A DNA stretch of 64,000 nt. Origin: an uncultured Methanomassiliicoccales archaeon. Its GTDB lineage: Archaea; Thermoplasmatota; Thermoplasmata; Methanomassiliicoccales; UBA472. Positions 61,635-64,000 of this stretch are shown here, piece by piece; positions within the stretch are counted from its first letter, which is position 1, and each line of letters opens with the position of its first letter. The translations under genes were made by a program, and so were the position numbers. The notes below the pieces were generated by a model that was given only the letters and a program-made list of their open reading frames with translations, searched no databases and was not told the origin of the DNA. The stretch spans positions 336,632 to 400,631 of the forward strand of contig CAVTBB010000002.1 of assembly GCA_963732855.1 (NCBI GenBank), read 5' to 3'.

Positions 61635-62642
61635 CTACTCTTTGATGAAGGCCACCGCCCTGGCAACCTTGCGCAGCTCCGCGAGCAGGTTGTCCTCGAT
61701 GTCAATCTCCCCCTTCTTCAGACATTCCCGCGCGGTGCGGGAACCGCGTTCCCCCGGCACCAAGATCTCGTCCACACCCGGCAGAAGCCTGGTCGATTTG
61801 ACCCTGGTGATGACATGCTGCACATTGGCCAGAAACTCATCACGATCACCAAGGAGATCCGGGTCAATGGCGAAAATCAAATGTCCCCAGTTCCCCTTGC
61901 TGTCCCCCTGGCCGCAAAACGCCGCCCCAACCATCGGACCGGCCAGGATCTCAACGATCATGGCCAGGGCCGAGCCTTTGTACCCCCGGTCGAAGGAACG
62001 GATCGCCCCCTTGATCGCCTCCGCCGGGCTTGTGGTCGGCTGGCCGCCGGCGTCGTACGCCATGTCTCCGGGGATGTCGCTCCCCTCGGTCACCGCCTCC
62101 ACCAGTCCGTAGTAGGAAATCGCCGCCGTGGACATGTCCAGCACGATCGGGTCATCCGCGGCCGGGATGCCGATCGCCAGTGGATTGGTACCGAAGACCG
62201 GTTCATAGGAGCCGCACATTGCCGCCCGTTCCGGCGACCTGCTGAACACGAAACCGATGAACCCTCTCCGGGCCAGTTCGGAGGCGACGTAGCCAATGGC
62301 GCCGGAGGAGGTGTTGGTGTTGAAGGTCCCGGCGATGCCGAACCCGCTTTTCTCCGCCTTTGCCGCGACGATCTCCAGCGCCTTGCGCACTACGACCATG
62401 GCATGGTTACGGTTGCCGTTAATGCGAGCCGAGAGGGGGGTTTCCTTTTCGATGACGATCCCTCCGGCAGCGGGATCCCTGGGAATTCCCTTGCCGATCA
62501 GTTTCACCACTCCCTGATTGTTGCCGCGCAGTTGGGCGTACAGAAGGATTTCGCGGATTGCCGCGGTCTCCTCTTCGTTATAGCCGAAGCTAGCAATGGC
62601 CTTCGTGGTCAGGTCCCTAAGTTCAGCGATGGATATTTTCAT
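61635..62642 (-). CDS. Ldh_2-family oxidoreductase (type 2 malate/L-lactate/L-sulfolactate dehydrogenase-like)
   Basis: LYAQLRGNNQG, GTNPLAIGIP, VLDMSTA, GYKGSALAM.VEILAG, AIDP, PGERG. Confidence 0.88.
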   Translation of the reverse strand: MKISIAELRDLTTKAIASFGYNEEETAAIREILLYAQLRGNNQGVVKLIGKGIPRDPAAGGIVIEKETPLSARINGNRNHAMVVVRKALEIVAAKAEKSGFGIAGTFNTNTSSGAIGYVASELARRGFIGFVFSRSPERAAMCGSYEPVFGTNPLAIGIPAADDPIVLDMSTAAISYYGLVEAVTEGSDIPGDMAYDAGGQPTTSPAEAIKGAIRSFDRGYKGSALAMIVEILAGPMVGAAFCGQGDSKGNWGHLIFAIDPDLLGDRDEFLANVQHVITRVKSTRLLPGVDEILVPGERGSRTARECLKKGEIDIEDNLLAELRKVARAVAFIKE

Positions 62643-63023
62643 GGATCTTACCTCCGGATATGGATCTAGCGTAAAAGTCCCGCCGCCAGTCGGCAGATAC
62701 CGTATCATGTGGTATTGTACCATGGCATTACATATTTTGTGGGTGACGACCAGTCCGTCGCAGGGAGAAACACAACATGGCTCATTCATTGGAAAAGTCA
62801 TGAGTTGACTTATTGCAGACGATGACCTGGGGGTAACATTTCTCAATCCGTATATAACCCAATAATGACATGCGGGGGTTATATAGAACGGAAAAATGAT
62901 ACTCCCCCTATTGCCCTTCACTTCTTCATCAAACCTGATCAACGGCCCCGATCTCAATCCAATGCCGTCCGGCTCGCCTTCCCGGTCGACCGCAAACTAC
63001 GTTCGCGGCGTGGCCGATGGTGT

Positions 63024-63449
63024 TCAGCCCTTGGAGGCCTGAAATGCTTCTAGGATGCGCCGCAATTTCTTGGTCGCTGTCTCCATCTCGACCTTGCCTG
63101 AGGGCTTGATCAGGTAGCCGTCCGCCCTGTTCTTCCAAGCCCGATATTCATCGGACTGGTATACCGAACCTGTGTAGACAATGACCTTGACCTTCGCCAA
63201 GGCCTCCTTGCTTCTGATGAAATCGAGTACGTAATGCCCACTTTCTCCCGGCATTTTCAAGTCAAGGAAGACCAGGTCTGGCAGCGGGGGCTTCTTGATC
63301 ATCTCCATGAGCTCGGACATCCCCTGCTCTCCATTCTTGGCGATCCTGATGGTTACCGGGACCTTGGTCTCCGCGATCAGTTCCTTTAACAGCCTCACGT
63401 CGAAGGGGTTGTCGTCCACCACGAGCACGCTCAGGGTCTGTTCGGTCAT
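63024..63449 (-). CDS. Stand-alone response regulator receiver protein
   Basis: VLVVDDNPFD, FLDLKMP..SG, YTGS, YLIKP. Confidence 0.9.
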   Translation of the reverse strand: MTEQTLSVLVVDDNPFDVRLLKELIAETKVPVTIRIAKNGEQGMSELMEMIKKPPLPDLVFLDLKMPGESGHYVLDFIRSKEALAKVKVIVYTGSVYQSDEYRAWKNRADGYLIKPSGKVEMETATKKLRRILEAFQASKG

Positions 63450-63740
63450 CGTTTCGCCTCATTCTATGGGTCAAGTTATGGGCCCGATCTCTTTAGATGG
63501 ACTCCATCACCCGACGCATTCCACTTTATTCAGTTCTCCGTCTGCATGGTGCTGACACCGGCATGCCGGATGCAAATGATGCTACTGTACGGATCTATGG
63601 TGGTTACGATGTGAGCGATTAGTATTCAAATCAATTCCTCATATAGAACGGAATGGACGCTCTCTATCTCAAGAAAGGACGGGAACCAGTTAGTTCCGCG
63701 CCCACCCTAAACGATATGCATCCTCTACTAGAATTTCATT

Positions 63741-63929
63741 TTGGGAACGTTCGAGGCGCCCTCCTATGAATACAAATTCATCCATTATTTCATGATGACA
63801 AACGGAGATGGTGCTTGCCGTTGGGTCATCGAATCGAAGAGAGCCGATGGGAATCAGTTTATCGATGAAGACCAAATAATGGAATTGATGAATGAGGGCC
63901 GGTTAGTAAGAAAGGGAAAGACTCTCTGA
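63741..63929 (+). CDS. Possible small hypothetical protein
   Basis: 62-aa TTG-start ORF only; no motif recognised. Confidence 0.3.
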   Translation: MGTFEAPSYEYKFIHYFMMTNGDGACRWVIESKRADGNQFIDEDQIMELMNEGRLVRKGKTL

Positions 63930-64000
63930 GGCCGATCTAAGACAGACCTAAAGGAAAGGCAGAATGTTGGATAACGGACCCTGACAGATGGCGATAGGGT

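Noticed and set aside
63558-63569. 12-bp palindrome CCGGCATGCCGG
   Set aside because: Single occurrence with no context; expected occasionally by chance in 64 kb.

Overview
Core-genome-like segment of an archaeal chromosome, most consistent with Thermoplasmata/Methanomassiliicoccales. This is inferred from a Hef helicase lacking a nuclease domain, 5S rRNAs unlinked to 16S/23S, arcS, the IPK-IDI2-GGPPS cluster and a DUF835-like protein. It carries about 60 CDS: DNA repair (hef, lig, radB, XPD-like), RNA/tRNA functions (rpoL, truD, arcS, bud32), pyrB/pyrI, amt-glnK, a Fur-like gene heading a fused CbiM-CbiN-CbiQ plus CbiO operon, a TusA/DsrE sulfur-relay operon, homospermidine synthase, two SMR exporters, three histidine kinases, a giant TPR protein and a 2091-aa surface protein. 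RNA genes are an intron-containing tRNA-Gly(TCC), tRNA-Pro(TGG) and two identical 5S rRNAs. No CRISPR array, transposase or integrase was recognised. Best leads: (1) the surface protein combines two integrin-like FG-GAP propellers, about 12 PKD domains, a TM helix and a cytoplasmic longin-like domain, near a stand-alone Roadblock gene; (2) a 17/19 match to the bacterial Fur box directly in front of the fur-cbi operon; (3) a palindromic operator between the Tus/DsrE operon and a Cys-rich regulator; (4) an uncalled small membrane ORF with an in-frame amber codon. Several single-base frameshifts in conserved genes suggest consensus errors in this assembly, which limits confidence in any pseudogene or amber interpretation. 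All product calls come from motif recognition by eye; no database searches were run.
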